The notes beneath the pieces are model-generated. The model did no database searches, was not told where the DNA came from, and saw nothing but the letters and a program-made list of their open reading frames with translations. Of a stretch of 64,000 nt of DNA, positions 12,700-25,999 are shown one piece after another; the stretch's first letter is position 1; each line of letters begins with the position of its first letter. The position numbers were made by a program, and so were the translations under genes. This stretch comes from Gnetum montanum (lineage: Eukaryota > Plantae > Gnetophyta): positions 609,604-673,603 of the forward strand of contig MNCI01003377.1 in the NCBI GenBank assembly GCA_015680685.1. Direction: 5' to 3'.

Positions 12700-14369
12700 A
12701 TTCCATTAGGTCTAACTACCCTTCATATATTTGTTGCTTCATCAAATTGAGCTCCATTGCTAGAATTCCAAGTTCTAGCAAGAATTACATTAGCAAAATC
12801 TATTGGATAGCACATCATACTTCAAAACATCATGAAAATCACCAATTTTAAACTTCAAAGTACATTGTTTCCTTTCCTTTTGGAAAAAATCTCTAGACAA
12901 TCAATGCACTTTATAAGGTCTAGGATGAGGATTAGTTACCAAACCCTATATAGCAACTATCCTAAAAGAAATAACATTTTCTTGGGCTCCTCCTTTAATC
13001 AAAATATTAATCCATTCCCCACTAAGCAAACATCTACCCATAGTCCAAAATAACAATTTTCTATTAGGGTATTTTCTTCTATTCAAATTCCCCATAAATG
13101 CATATGAATTTAATTTAGAAACATTCTTAAATTTTAGAGTGTTAGGATTACCTCTCTATAGATCTTGGCTTGATGTCTCCTCTATCTTCATCGTTTGCAC
13201 ATCTTTTCCTTTGGCTGCCTTATGAATTGGACATTCCCATTACATGTATCCTCACTTTCCATACTTGTAGCACTAGATTTTTGATGTGTAGCTACCTTGA
13301 CCCTTGCCTTTCATGCCTTGGTCCTTCTTGGATTTGTTCTTCTTATTGTCTCTTTCAATATTCTTGTTTTGGATAGCATCCTTGTCTTTAGATTTAAACT
13401 TGGATTCGTTTCCAAATTTGAATCCCTTATCCTTCCCCTTGGAGGTTTTTTTGCTCCTGTTTTTGAATTCACTTAATTTCTTCTTAGCCTTAAGTGCCAA
13501 ATCATAAGTCTCATCAAGAGTTTGTGACTCATACAAAGATAACTCTTGCTAGTACACCATTTTAAGACCTCCTAAAAATATTGAAGCTTGTTAATATTCT
13601 TCCCAGTTCACTTTAGCTTGATGGAATAGATCACAAATTTCAATGTAAAATTCTTTGAGATCCTTTTTATCTTAATTATGGAATTTCAACTCCATAATGG
13701 TTTCTTGTCTCTGATAAGATTGTTTAAACTTTCTTTTCAATTGGTATTTCATTAGATCCCAATCTTTGATAAGTTGATCATTTCATCTTTCATAACCTTG
13801 AAACTCCTTTTCCCACCAAGTAGAAGCCATACCTTCTAATCTAGATTCATTAATAGGTACCCTCGAGTTATTTAGTACCTCTTCCAACTAAAAATTCTTC
13901 TCAAGTATCTTCAAATAACTTACAAAAGCATTGATGCCATTTACATCATTGAAAGTTTAGAACTCCATGTACAGAAGTCTTTTAGCATCTCTAAACACTC
14001 TAGCAAGCCTTGCCTCATCTTCCTCATTAAACTTTCTTCTAGAAGAAGTACTTACCATATTTTAAGTTCTTAGAATTCTAATATGAGGAATATCATTCCT
14101 CCCATTAGAATCCTTAGTTGATGGGTTCCTATACCTCCATAGCTGGATTGTCCTTCCTCATCATTCATTCCATCTTAGCCTAGTTATGAAACTTCTTTAT
14201 TGGAATGTGCATGCTCATTACCTCTGCATGTCTAGGTATGGCTAGGTCTAGCATTTCTATCTAACTTTGCACTAATTTCATTCAATTGAACAACCATTAT
14301 TTGAAAGATAGACTTCATGCTCTCCATGTTTTTATTTAGAGCTTAAACCTATTTCTTCTTGGATGCCAT
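12700..14369 (-). pseudogene. gag: CRM-like gag and aspartic protease remnant
   Basis: RLEGMASTWWEK..IKDWDLMK, TLDETYDLALKA, zinc knuckle CYKYGK*GYM*WEC, and protease region ILIKGGAQENVIS..PHPRPYKVH*L. Confidence 0.8.
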
Positions 14370-14430
14370 CTAAAATTGATAAAATCCTCAACCAATTCTA
14401 AGCAGTAATAAACACAAAGATTTGATATCA

Positions 14431-15392
14431 ATATAGAGTTGAAGCAGGTTCACTCCAATAATCACCTTCCAATACTAATTCAAGATATTATGAAAATATA
14501 ATAAATTTTGCCAGAAAATAAGAAAACCATTTATCTTCAATTATTCAATTAGAAAATTACAATAGGATTCCCAAAATCCAGAAACATCCAAAACCTTTCA
14601 CACTTAAATGATATTGCAAAGCATGAGGCTCTACAATCACATAATGATGATTCTCAATGCAAGACACAACTAATAGAAAAATATCTCCCATAATCTAGGA
14701 TTGAGATTTAGTTAAGAAAAGTAAACAAGAGATAAGAACACTTAGGAAAAATGACACACATTGACCTTGGAGCTACAACCATGCCTACACTCATTCGATG
14801 TTCTCTATCATAATCTTGCCAAGCCCTCCTCAACTTAAGAGCTCTCACCAAGACTTATCTCTTTCACATACACAAACTATCAATAAAAATGAAAAACCAA
14901 TAAATTTATTAAGAAAATAAGATAAAAACCTAGTGAAACCTTCCACAAGATTAACTTAGAGTTCCCATGCTATTTTTATCTTTTGTCTCCATCTTTTGGC
15001 TATTGCTCCACTTGGAATGACTAAATCTAAAAATTTCTTGATAGTTTGACTTACTCAGATAATGTTGTATCAATTCCCCACTTTTAACCAAGATTCTTGC
15101 TATATTTTGGAGATGTCTCCTCCTTGGGTGAGATGTTTTCTCTTGGGTAAGACATCTTGCCCAAGATGCCTTCACTATTGGTAATACGTCTTCCTCGAGA
15201 CATCTCCTCTATAGATAAGATGTGTCCTATATTTCTAAGAATTCTCCTGCTAGATTTAAGATGTGTTCTATGAAGAATCCACTCCCAACCAAGATGTTTC
15301 CTTAACCTCTAAGACATCTTCACAAAGCTTGAAACCTACAAAGCACACATGTTGGAAAGAATAAGAGAATTAACAGAGGTGTTCCTATATCA
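14431..15392 (-). repeat. 5' LTR of the CRM-like element
   Basis: Homologous to 9973-10888; ends ATATCA followed by the TSD. Confidence 0.85.
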
Positions 15393-15447
15393 CTAAATAT
15401 GATAAATAAAACTAGTGTATGTTTGAGACCTTAAGCTAGGATGGTAT

Positions 15448-16709
15448 TATGGATTGTTGAACTTAGAAAAGGAAGGGGGTGGNNNNNGTGTGGGTTTGGT
15501 TGCATAGGAAGGGGGATGAATAAGTTTCCCAAATTAAAACTCACACACATGAAATTATCGTGGTTCCACAACTTGGGTAGTCAACACTCAAAGGGTAGAT
15601 TGAAAGCACACATCTAGACTTTGTTGCTCTTAAATGTGGTTTGAAGGGTCCACACTTTGTACAATCTTCAAGCCCTTCTTTGAAGTGTTGTGCTAAAACA
15701 CCAACCACTCAACCTCACAAGGTTCTTTTAAGCTTTGAATATGGTTTCTAGGCTTCCATAACCTTTACAATCTTGAGCTTCACTTTGGAGTGTTGTGCCA
15801 CAACACCAATCATTCAATTCGATAGGATCTCGACAATGTTAAGAAAGATGCCTTCTTGTAAGAAGCACATCAACCCAACAAGGTAACAAGGAAGAACAAT
15901 AATTATAAGGGATGAATGCAACTCAGTTTGCTGATCCTTGTACTTTGAGGTATAGCATAGTTTACAATGAACAAATGATGATACAATGAAGAGCAACAGT
16001 GATTACAATGATAGACATATAATTAGACAATGATTGTATATAAGGTTGCATATTTTCTAATGCATATGATGTCTTCTTATAGCTGTCATATTTCCAAATC
16101 CATATTGGAACTCATATAATGACTAGCCAATGATCACTAATGGTCATGCAAGATGTCTTCTTCATTCTTGAGACATCTATGTATGTTTGCCCTCTATTCT
16201 AGGAAGACATCTTTATTTGGGAAAGACATCTATATGAAATCTCCATTCTAGAAAGACATCTTTGTCTAATGGAAGATGTGTTTCTAAAATTGGCCTACAT
16301 TCTGTGAGGAAGTCTTAGCCTAATGGAAGACATCTTTGCCTGAGGAAAGATGCCTACTATTTATTGAATATGTCTTTGCCTATGCATCCTTCAATTCTAC
16401 CAAGACATTTACTATTTCTCAGAGACTTCTTTCTTCAAACTTCCTTTACATGATGATTTCATCATTCCTTGTCCACAACCTTCATCTTTTGCATGCTTTA
16501 ATGATGACAAATTAAATTGTCCACATTCTTTGATTTCCTTTGAGCTTTCCTTTTGTGAATGAGGCCTTGAGACCTTATGGATGACTTTCTTTTATTGTTT
16601 ACACCAGTGCATTTCTTATCATCTCATCTTGGTCCTACAATCACAACAACCACACACACAACCTTTATCTTCATTTTAATTAATGTTTTGACACACAAAA
16701 AGGTCCAAA
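15448..16709 (-). repeat. 3' LTR of SIRE-like copy 1
   Basis: TATGGATTG...GGTCCAAA; colinear with 20091-21309; contains a 5-N gap. Confidence 0.88.
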
Positions 16710-18449
16710 ATCTTTCCCTTTTTGGTGATGTTCAAAACTTAAGAAAATGGATGAGTAATACAAATATAACCATACTATTCTTCACCTTTTTAAATAGCAA
16801 CAAAAAGAATAAATGACATAAACATGGTTCAAAAGAGATATCATAAAAGAGAAATAATTTCAGAGACTATGCATAACCAATAATTTAGGAGATAAAAAAA
16901 CATGTAGCTAAGTAAGAATATTAGTTAAAGTGCATGAGGATCTTCCCTGAATTTGTCAAGAACTAATCTAAGCCTTTCAAGTGATATTTAAACTTAAAGC
17001 TAGAAGTGAAGTATAAACCTTGAAGGTCAAGTAACCTGTCTCTAAATCAATAAGTTATTAGTAGTTTATAGTGCATGGTTCTTTTAATGTTCAAATATTC
17101 TCCATCTTTGTAAATATTTTTGATAAGGAGAATATAGCAATACAACTTCACAATGTAAAACTAGTCATGCCAAATTTTAAATTCTTAAGCTAGGAAGTAC
17201 ATCTCAAGGAAAACTACTCGAAAGATATTTCAATCAAAATCATGGACACTTTCTCATAATCATAATGATCATGTTTTTGCTCATATTGTTGTAAGGAATA
17301 ATATCACTATTTGCATTATTTCATAAAAGTATAGATACTTCTTACTTCAGCTTATGCTTGAATATTGAATAGGTGAGTTGAAGATACATTAAGATTTTCT
17401 CTCATTACTTCAAAACAAGGAGCTACAACTAATCCAAAAATGATACATAATTTTTATGCTAGAGAAAAAATATAGATCAAGTAGCCTATCAATTTGAAAC
17501 AACTATCTAGCATCTGTATATTCAACTAGAAATTTGGAAAAAAACATCAACACAAGGATATGGAAGCCATGAGAGAAACATGCTTATTTTGCTTTTGTAC
17601 GAGGAAATTGCACAAACACAACCATATTTCAAAACCAAAAATATAATCAAGTTGATAGAGAAAAATTGTATATATATCCATATACAAAAGGATATTAGGA
17701 ATACAAATCTAAGACTCAACCATCCATTGAAAAGAAAAAAAATACATCTTAATGTCCTTTTCTTTCTCATTTTGGAATATTTTGTTCATTCAATGTCTCT
17801 TGGTTGAAGCTTCCACAAATCCCCCCTACATTGTATATATCCAAGATGATCATGAATAGACTCCCCCTACACATGTGTTGCTCATCTTGGCTTTTAATAG
17901 TAATGTAAAAATGTTGTAAATTACTATAATTGTAGGTTAGAATTAATCTCAAATGTTGAGATCAAGGTCTCTAATCAAAATTTTTTAGTGGCTTACCTTA
18001 TCTCATAATTAGCAAAAATATCCCAAAGGCCATGAGCATAGAAATAGATCATGACAAGAAATTTAGAGTAAGCAAGATTTAATTCAAGATGAGAAATAAA
18101 ACTAAAATTATTTTAAGATTAAGGTCCAAGGAAATTATTACAAGTGCTACACTAAGAATCTTCATAAAATCACTTGTATCAAACTCAAGGATGAGTGTAA
18201 GAGATGTTCTAAACACTTATTGTAATACTTTTTTGATCTAGAAAAAACACAAATAATTTTGGACTTTTCAAATCATCTGCTTATTACCTAGCAAGCAAAG
18301 AGATGAAAACTTACCTTGACTTACCTTACCTATCGGTGAGGAGAGAGAATCAATGGAGTTTGAGATAAGGTCCCCTATCATGAAGTACCTCCAAATCTTT
18401 AGGTTCTCTTTTACTGAATCATGTATGTGATATCTCCATTTGTTTATGT

Positions 18450-20035
18450 CCTTTATGATAGAACCCTTGGGCAATTATTGCATTATTTTCAATACACCAC
18501 TTCTGTACATTCTCACTTATTGGCACCTACACAATTTCCTTACCAAAGCCTTATTAACAAGACCAAGAATTAATCTTGTTTTAACTATCATGAGTATAGT
18601 TAAGAGTTTGCTTACAACCACAATTCTTACAAATAAATAAAGTATTATCCTCATGATGAAAATTATCAAACTTGACTATGATTGAGCTTGAGCTTGAATT
18701 TTCAAGTGTTGCTTCCTCTAAATTCTTTGGCTATTTTTTAGGAGTCTCCTCTTCTTAAACCTTGCTACAATCCTTATTAAAAGAGGTTAGTTATTGAATC
18801 TTAGCTTTTATATTTGAGATCTCTTCTTTCACTTCAGCATGAGTAACATCTAGCTTAGAAAGTACTAATTTCTTTACCTTCCTAATTAAACGATGTAAAA
18901 GAAAAATTTCTTCTTTAAATTCACTATACCTCTTGTCACACTTACGACCTTGTTTAGTCATATGTGAGGAATTTTCATCTATAAGTGCCATGAATATGAG
19001 ATGTGAATCTTTGGAAGAATTGCATGCTTCTTCTTCACTTTACCCACCATTGTTCCAACTTTTATAAAAGTTTGTCTTTTTCAGTTCCTCATCATTGGAT
19101 CTATTCTTTGGTTGTACCTTGCTATGGCTATGATCACTAGGACATTCGAAGGCCATATGATCTCTTCCTTCACAAACCCAACATTCTATAGAAGAGAAAT
19201 CTAAGTTAGAAGCATTTAAAATTTTTTTACCTCTATCTCTACCTTTGAAAATATTGGGTTGTTGTTGAGATCTACCCTTGTTTCTTCTTGTAAGTAATCA
19301 TTGTAGTTTCTTTGAGAGAAAGGGAATCTCATCTTCACTACCCTCATCATGCTCATTTAGCTCCTTTTTCTTGGAGGTAGTCTTTAGAGTAATAGGTCTT
19401 TCTTGGATCACCCCTTCAGTTGAGATTCATTTCATAAGTAATGAGAGCACTTTGAAGCTCTTCAAATTTTAATGTTGAGAAATTTCTTATTTCATCCATA
19501 GCTATGACCTTTAGTTTGAACTCTAGTTATAGAGTTCTAATCATTTTTATGATGACATCACTTTTGGGTAGACCTTTTCCTTTTCTTCTAATAGCTACAA
19601 CAAGATCATTAGCTCTAGAGAAATAATCCTTTATTTTCTTACCTTCTCTCATTTTGAGTTTATTGTACTTTGTAAAACTAATAATTTTGATTGCATAACA
19701 ATAGATGTTCCCTCATAAGTAGCTTCTAAGGTTTTCCAAATTTCTTTGGTCATTTTACATCCTACTACTCTATTAAATTTAGATTTATTTAATGCACAAT
19801 ATAAACAATTTTTTACTTTTGAATCAAACATGAACTTATCCTTTTCCACTTATGCTCATTTGTTGCTAGGCTTAACAATGCTGGTGGAGTTATCAATATG
19901 TGGAGCGTAGCCTTCAAGGATTGACTTCCACTCTTCAAACTCTATGGATTCAAAGAACCCTTGCATTCTACCTTTCCAATAAGAGAAGTTGAATCCATCA
20001 AACATGGGTGGCTTTGTGTAAGATGTCCCATCCAT
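18450..20035 (-). pseudogene. gag: SIRE-type gag
   Basis: MDGTSYTKPPMFDGFNFSYWKGRM, CALNKSKFNRVVGCKMTKEIWKTLEATYEGT, knuckle CWVCEGRDHMAFECP, and a coiled-coil tail. Confidence 0.88.
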
Positions 20036-20076
20036 TGTTCACTCTTGAAGTTGATGATGACAAAGAAGAGTACCAG

Positions 20077-20088
20077 GCTCTGATACCA
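20077..20088 (-). promoter_or_regulatory. PBS, tRNA-iMet type
   Basis: Exact TGGTATCAGAGC on the minus strand. Confidence 0.95.
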
Positions 20089-20090
20089 CT

Positions 20091-21309
20091 TGTGGATCGT
20101 TGAACTTAGAAAAGGGGGATGGGGGGAGTGAGGATGAATAAGTTCTCAAAATTAAAACATTATGAGACAAAGCACACATACAAAATTAACATGGTTTCCC
20201 AACTTGGATACTCCACACTCAGAGGGTAGATCACAAGCACACATCCGAACTTTGTTTCCCTCAAATGTGGTTTGAAGGGTCCACACCCTATATAATCTTC
20301 AAGCCTTGCTCAGGAGTGTTGTGCCACAACACCAACCAGTCAAACTTGCAAGGTCTCATTAGTCTTGGAATGTGGTTTCTAGGCTTCCATAACTGTTAAA
20401 ATCTTGAGCTCCAATCCAGAGTGTTGTGTTGTAACACCAATCACGCAATCCTATAGGATGTTGATAAGCTCAAGAAAGATGCCTTCCCACAAGAAGCACA
20501 TCAACCTCATAGGGAAATAAGGGAGAACAAAAATTACAAGGGATGAATACAAATTAGTTTGTTGATCCTTCTACTTTGAGGTACAGCACACTTTATAGTG
20601 AACAAATGATGATATAATGAAGAGCAATAGTGATTACAATGATAGAAAAATGATTAGACAATGATTATACACAAGCTTGAACATTTAAAAATTCATATGA
20701 TCTCTTCTTATAGCTATCATATTTTCAAATCTCTCTTGGAGCTCATGCAATGGCTAGCCAATGGTCACTAATGATCATGGAAGATAGTGTCTTCATGCTT
20801 GAGATGTCTTTCTATATTTGCCCTCTATTCTGGAAAGATGTCTTTGTTTAGGAAAGATGTTTTTCTAAAATATTTATTCTAGGAAGACATCTTTGTCTAA
20901 TTGAAGATGTCTTTCTAAAACTAGCCTACATTTTATGAAGAAATCTTAGCCTAATGGAAGATGTCTTTGCTTGTGCATCCTCCAATTCTGCCAAGACGTC
21001 TACTATTTCTTAGAGATGTCTTTCTTCAGCCTTCCTTTGCATGATGAATTCATCATTTCTTATCCACAACATTGATCTTTAACATGCTTCAATGATGACA
21101 AGTTTTCTTGTCCACGTTCTTTGATTTCTTTTGATATTTCCTTTTGTGGATGAGACCTTGAGACCTTGCAGATGAATTTTTCCCATTATTTACACGAGTG
21201 TGTTCTTTGTCATCTCATCTTGGTCCTACAACCACAACAACCAAAACAACCACACACACAACCTTTGTCTTCATTTTAATTAATGTTTTGACATACCAAA
21301 AGGTCCACA
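20091..21309 (-). repeat. 5' LTR of SIRE-like copy 1
   Basis: TGTGGA...TCCACA terminal inverted repeat. Confidence 0.9.
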
Positions 21310-22855
21310 AGTATGTCATAGTGAAACATGATACATGTTGCTATGATGTAAAATTTTTTTAGTTGTTCTTATGATTTTGCTATGTTGTGATATTCAATGT
21401 GGTTGTGATACATGAGTTAACCATATATGTGATACGATGGTGGTATATGTAATTGGTATGGGCTTGGCAATGAGTTATGTAGTGGATGTTGACAAGTTAG
21501 TTTTGTAGCTTTGTAGTAAGATAGTACCTATGATGAAGGTGATGTAGGATAGACATGGTTTCTAGAAGGCCACCTAGGAGCTAGAGATAAACATGTAGGA
21601 TGGGTATCTAAAAATCTTCTTGAAGAAAGATACTCAAGTCGGGAACAATGCAACCCCTTATTATAGGACCTTGCAGGATTATGTTATGTTTAATACGAGC
21701 ATACTTAGATTTAGTTGAGTTGATAGGACATATAGTTGGTTATGATATTTTGAGTATGTATTTCCAAAGATTTAATGATTTTACAATTATGATAATGGAT
21801 GAACATGCTATTACAATTACAATTATTAAGCTTTAGGAGTATGTGAGAATTTTTCAACTGGGTTAATTCCTAGTGGAAGTTGAATATAGAATGATTGTTA
21901 GGATGTGAATCACTTTTTCTTTTGTCTGTTGGTTATTTTTTCTATGAAATGAAAGTATTTATTTGATCATACTCAGTTAGTATGAAGGTCATAGATGATG
22001 TTCCAATGATGCTAGGCATAGCATCCTCATAACATAGTGTTTTAGTATAAATTGATTAACATTATGGGATAGGACCTACACACATATTAGTTATGCTAGG
22101 GTTGAAGTAAGTAACATGAGTAGTAGTTCATCCATATTCCAATAATGCTAGCCTTTCTAAGCATTTTGTTGTAGAAGCTTAGCCTCAATGCACATAGGAT
22201 GATCCTAGTGGTAGGCATGGTTCATGCTTAAGACATGATAGGATCACAACGGCTCTAGCCTTGGTGTTTGGTAATTGTTTTTTTCACAAGGTAAGTGCCA
22301 ATGGGGTAGTGGGTAGCTCATAGCACCTGTCATAAGGCCAATGCTAGCTACACTACTATCACCCCTAATTTAAACTAAGTAATGTGAGAAGAGCATGAGC
22401 TATACTTGGATCATAGTAGGGTCAAAATATGAAAATAACATTAGCTAAATATGATAAAGAAATCTAGCATATGTTTAGGACCTTAAGCTAGGACACAATA
22501 TGTATTAGTATGAATTTTAAATTTGTTGGTTATGCTTTTGATTTAGCCATGTTATGATGTTTGATGTGGTTATGGTACTTTATTTGACCATGTATATGAT
22601 ATGATAATCCTCTATGTGATTAAGAGTTATCTAATAGATGACACATGAAGTTTAAGATGCTTATGATCCCTAGGTAGGATGGATGGGTTATGCCTTGTGA
22701 TGCTATTGACAAGTTATGAATATGACATGCCATGATATTAGTAATATTGACAAGTTGTGGTTATTTTCTTGAGGAGTTAACATAAGGATGTAGATTAGTT
22801 AGTAATTAGACATTCTTGAGTAGTTAGGATACCCTTGTTGGGATGCATTACCAAG

Positions 22856-24021
22856 TGTTGCACCCAAGAAATTTGATCGCTAGAAGAACCAAAAATTCTG
22901 GGTGTGGAAATAGTTTTGACCTTGAATCCCAAGGGCCTCCAAGAAAGAGGATCCAAGGTGCCCTGGATAGTTTAGTCCATCACCTAGGGACTTAAAGAAT
23001 GTAAATGAAGAAAAATGAAATTGAAAAATTGAATGAAAAATAGACATAAAAATTAAAATTTGAATAGATTCTACATAATAAATGAATTGTAAACTATATT
23101 AAAGGAGAAAAATGCTTAAAGTATAAAGTTAAAAGAGTACAAATTATGTGCTCAAATGTACAAGAATCTTTCTTAGATAGTGCTTGAAGCCTATTGGAGC
23201 CAATAGGTTGTGTTCTATAGTCAAACTCTAAGATCCAAATACTTCCAAAATCTAATCAATAAGAACTCCTTGTTGGTTTTCACTTGAATCTATAACTTTG
23301 GTTACTAGTGGTGTAGATGGTAGTGCTTGAATCTTGTTGTAATAGTACTATGTTGAGAGTCTATGGTACTTAGGTAGATACCAATGTGCTCAAAAAGTAA
23401 TGAAAATGCTAAAATGGGTTCAAAATGCTTGAGATTGCACAAAAAAAATTGTTTACAACTTGAATAAGGTGTTCAAGCTTACTTTTATAGGCTTTAAGAT
23501 TGCTAATTTTGGGCTCCAAGTCTCTGCCATGATTGCTAATAGATTGGTGTTGTTTGTAGATGTAATAGGCCATTTTTCCTAGCATAGTTATCCATTTGTG
23601 GTAAATTTTCACACCTTAGGGCCATCTAAACCACACCAAATACTAAATATAGTAAACGAACTTTTGTTACTATGTTGGCTTCACCTCAACTATGTTGGCC
23701 TTAGAGAGCTACGCTAGCATTGTTGATATTTGATAGGAAATATGATGACTATGTTGGCCATATGAAGATTGCTGAGAATTTGTGATAACTACACTGGTCA
23801 TGCTACAACTGCTAGAAATTGTGGTGACTAAACTAGCCATTGCTAGGAAAATTGAAAAACCAACAACTCCAACACTAGGTGTGTGTAGCTCTAGTGTAGT
23901 CAAGGTCATAACCACCATAAAACCCATGAAAATGGAAAATTTGGCAATCCATAAGGCATTCTTAGCCTTCCCAAGTCAAAATATAGAAATGACACTACTT
24001 TTTCCACTTGTGAAGTAAGGT
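22856..24021 (-). repeat. Distal part of the element A 3' LTR
   Basis: Starts TGTTGCACCC and is inverted-homologous to ~55240-56611. Confidence 0.8.
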
Positions 24022-24026
24022 AGTAG

Positions 24027-25340
24027 TGAAACACCACCAAAAAATGATGTTGTAGCCTTCATTTCTTGACTTGATGTAAGGATTCATTATAAACATGGGA
24101 TATGTAGTCCATGAACTACAATCTTTCATACTTCAGCCTCTTGGAGCCAAAAAATGCTTTAAAATTTATTATTCCCCTTGTTCCCAAGCAGAAATAGGTA
24201 CACCATGTCCATATCTGGGCTTGGGAAGGCCAAAAACACCTTTGGAATGGTGAAAATCAGCATTTTCATGGTTTTTGGTAGGGGTATAGCCCCAACTACG
24301 TTGGAGCAATTTTTAGTAGACATAGTAGCTATAGTAGTCATAGTAGCTACAGTAGTCACAATAGCTGTAGTAGTCATAGTAGCCATAGAAGCCAATGTAA
24401 TCACTACCATGATCTAGTAGAAGTACAACATTAGGATTATCAGAATTTCCATTTTTCCAACAACAGCTAGCATAGTCATTTCAAGTTAGTAATGGCCAAT
24501 GTAGACAACATTCTCCACTAGGCATGACACTTTCCAATGGATTCCACCATTTTTGTAAATTCAAAATTTTTGCATATTTTCCACCACTTTTGCCACTTTC
24601 CAACAACCTTAGCATAGTCCACCAATGACAGTGTAGTAAGATTGTACTAGTATAGTTACAATAGTCCATTTACTATTTATAGTAAATGGATGGGTTTTAT
24701 GGTTGTAGTCCATTCCAAACTTACTACAAATGGTAACTACATTAAAAGAAGAAGACCATTACAACTTGGACATTGACATCAATCTATCAGCAATCATGGC
24801 AGATATGCATAGGCCCAAAAATAGCAACCCTACCTTATAAAATCCCAATGTCAACACCATAGAACAGTTCTAAATTTTAGCATTTTTGCATCATATACAG
24901 TAGTTCCAACACTTTTTGAATTTTGAGCACTTGGCATTTTTTGTAATCCTTAGCAGTAGTCCTAAACCTTCAAAAAGCCCATCATAATCCTTGCAACCTT
25001 GCTTACACTTGTAGTGGTAGAAAATAGTACTACGCTTGACACAAAGACTTCATGTAGTGAAAATTTTAGTTCATGTTTCCATTTTTCCCTTGCTTTCACT
25101 TTCAAATCTATAATAGCAACTTCATTTTCATTTTCATTTCTGATTTCATCTATGTCTACATCTACATTTTCATTTGCTATTTCTATTTACATTTCGTAAG
25201 TCCCTAGGTGATTGACAAGACCATTTAGGACACCCTGAGTTCCATTTTTTGGAGGCCCTTGGGATTTAGGGTTAAAGTTATTCTGGCACTTGGATCCTTT
25301 TGTTTTCTCATTCCAACAACCAAAATTTCCAGCACCAATA
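24027..25340 (+). repeat. 5' LTR of element B
   Basis: Colinear with 55089-56611 except for a ~240 bp deletion near 25055. Confidence 0.9.
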
Positions 25341-25346
25341 TTTTTC

Positions 25347-25363
25347 TAGTGCTAGAAGAAGGG
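25347..25363 (+). promoter_or_regulatory. Putative Tat-type PBS
   Basis: TAGTGCTAGAAGAAGGG just after the LTR end, readable as deaminated TGGCGCTAGAAGGAGGG; cognate tRNA not assigned. Confidence 0.6.
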
Positions 25364-25999
25364 CCTCCACCCAAATTCTTGGCCATAAACCCATTTTAGT
25401 CATTTCTATCCTTCCATCATACTTATAAAACCAATGTTACTTGTCAAACCTTCATGCATAAGCCTTGCTAAAGTAGTAGTAATAGAGTTGGATTTTACTT
25501 CGAATTTTCCATCTACTGAAAATTTATTGTCTACTAGAACATCCATTCTATTTAGCATCCTTTTAGTTGACATCATTCTATTTGATGTCATTCCTATTAT
25601 AACACTTGTTTTCGTCCAGTAGGTAAACCACTTTTCCTCTTTTCCATTTTCACTGCTTATTAGCCATTTTCCACTACCATTTCTATTTTTGGTATACTAC
25701 ATGAGTAGATTATCCTACTTATTATGTCTTTACTAAATATAGTAAAAATCCAAAAAATTCAATTTTCAACATGTTGTTCCAATAGTCAACCAAGTTGTCA
25801 TTTACATTCATTGACAACGGGTCTGACTAGTAGGCCATGAGGGTATATGACCCCAAAGACTCTATAGTCATTGAGTGTAGGTAGTCCTTGAGACTTAGGG
25901 GCTAAATCTTGAATTTTTGGTCATTAATGAAGATCATTATAACTACATTTGTGCCAAAATCTAGGCTACCATGATGATTCCCCATTTGGAAGTAGAAGT

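Larger units (their letters stand above)
9973..15392 (-). mobile_element. CRM-like chromovirus deletion derivative (gag-PROT plus INT C-terminus; no recognisable RT/RH)
   Basis: LTRs 9973-10888 and ~14431-15392. Perfect TSD CTAAA at 9968-9972 and 15393-15397. PPT at 10889-10903; degenerate PBS-Met at 14419-14430. Confidence 0.88.
15448..21309 (-). mobile_element. SIRE-like Ty1/Copia non-autonomous element, 5.9 kb
   Basis: LTRs 15448-16709 and 20091-21309; TSD GGTAT/AGTAT; perfect PBS-Met; two PPT-like tracts (16710-16723 and ~16781-16806); Copia gag; pol reduced to decayed scraps. Confidence 0.88.
4147..22855 (+). repeat. Tekay-like 3' LTR fragmented by insertions (pieces 4147-4905, 9070-9972, 15393-15447, 21310-22855)
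   Basis: TG/ATG-rich noncoding pieces rejoin across TSDs. An internal duplicate near 22440-22500 shows the uninterrupted sequence. Confidence 0.6.

Noticed and set aside
15483-15487. Apparent insertion in the SIRE-like LTR G-tract
   Set aside because: It contains an N gap, so the local sequence is unreliable.
24159-24417. Hydrophobic Thr/Val-rich ORFs that look like membrane peptides (also 23709-24018 and 55216-55443)
   Set aside because: Translation of a 9-bp microrepeat (GTAGYYAYA) inside the LTRs.
22856-25340. DNA transposon or foldback element with long TIRs
   Set aside because: Explained by two LTRs of one family in opposite orientation, with TSD AGTAG marking the inner insertion.
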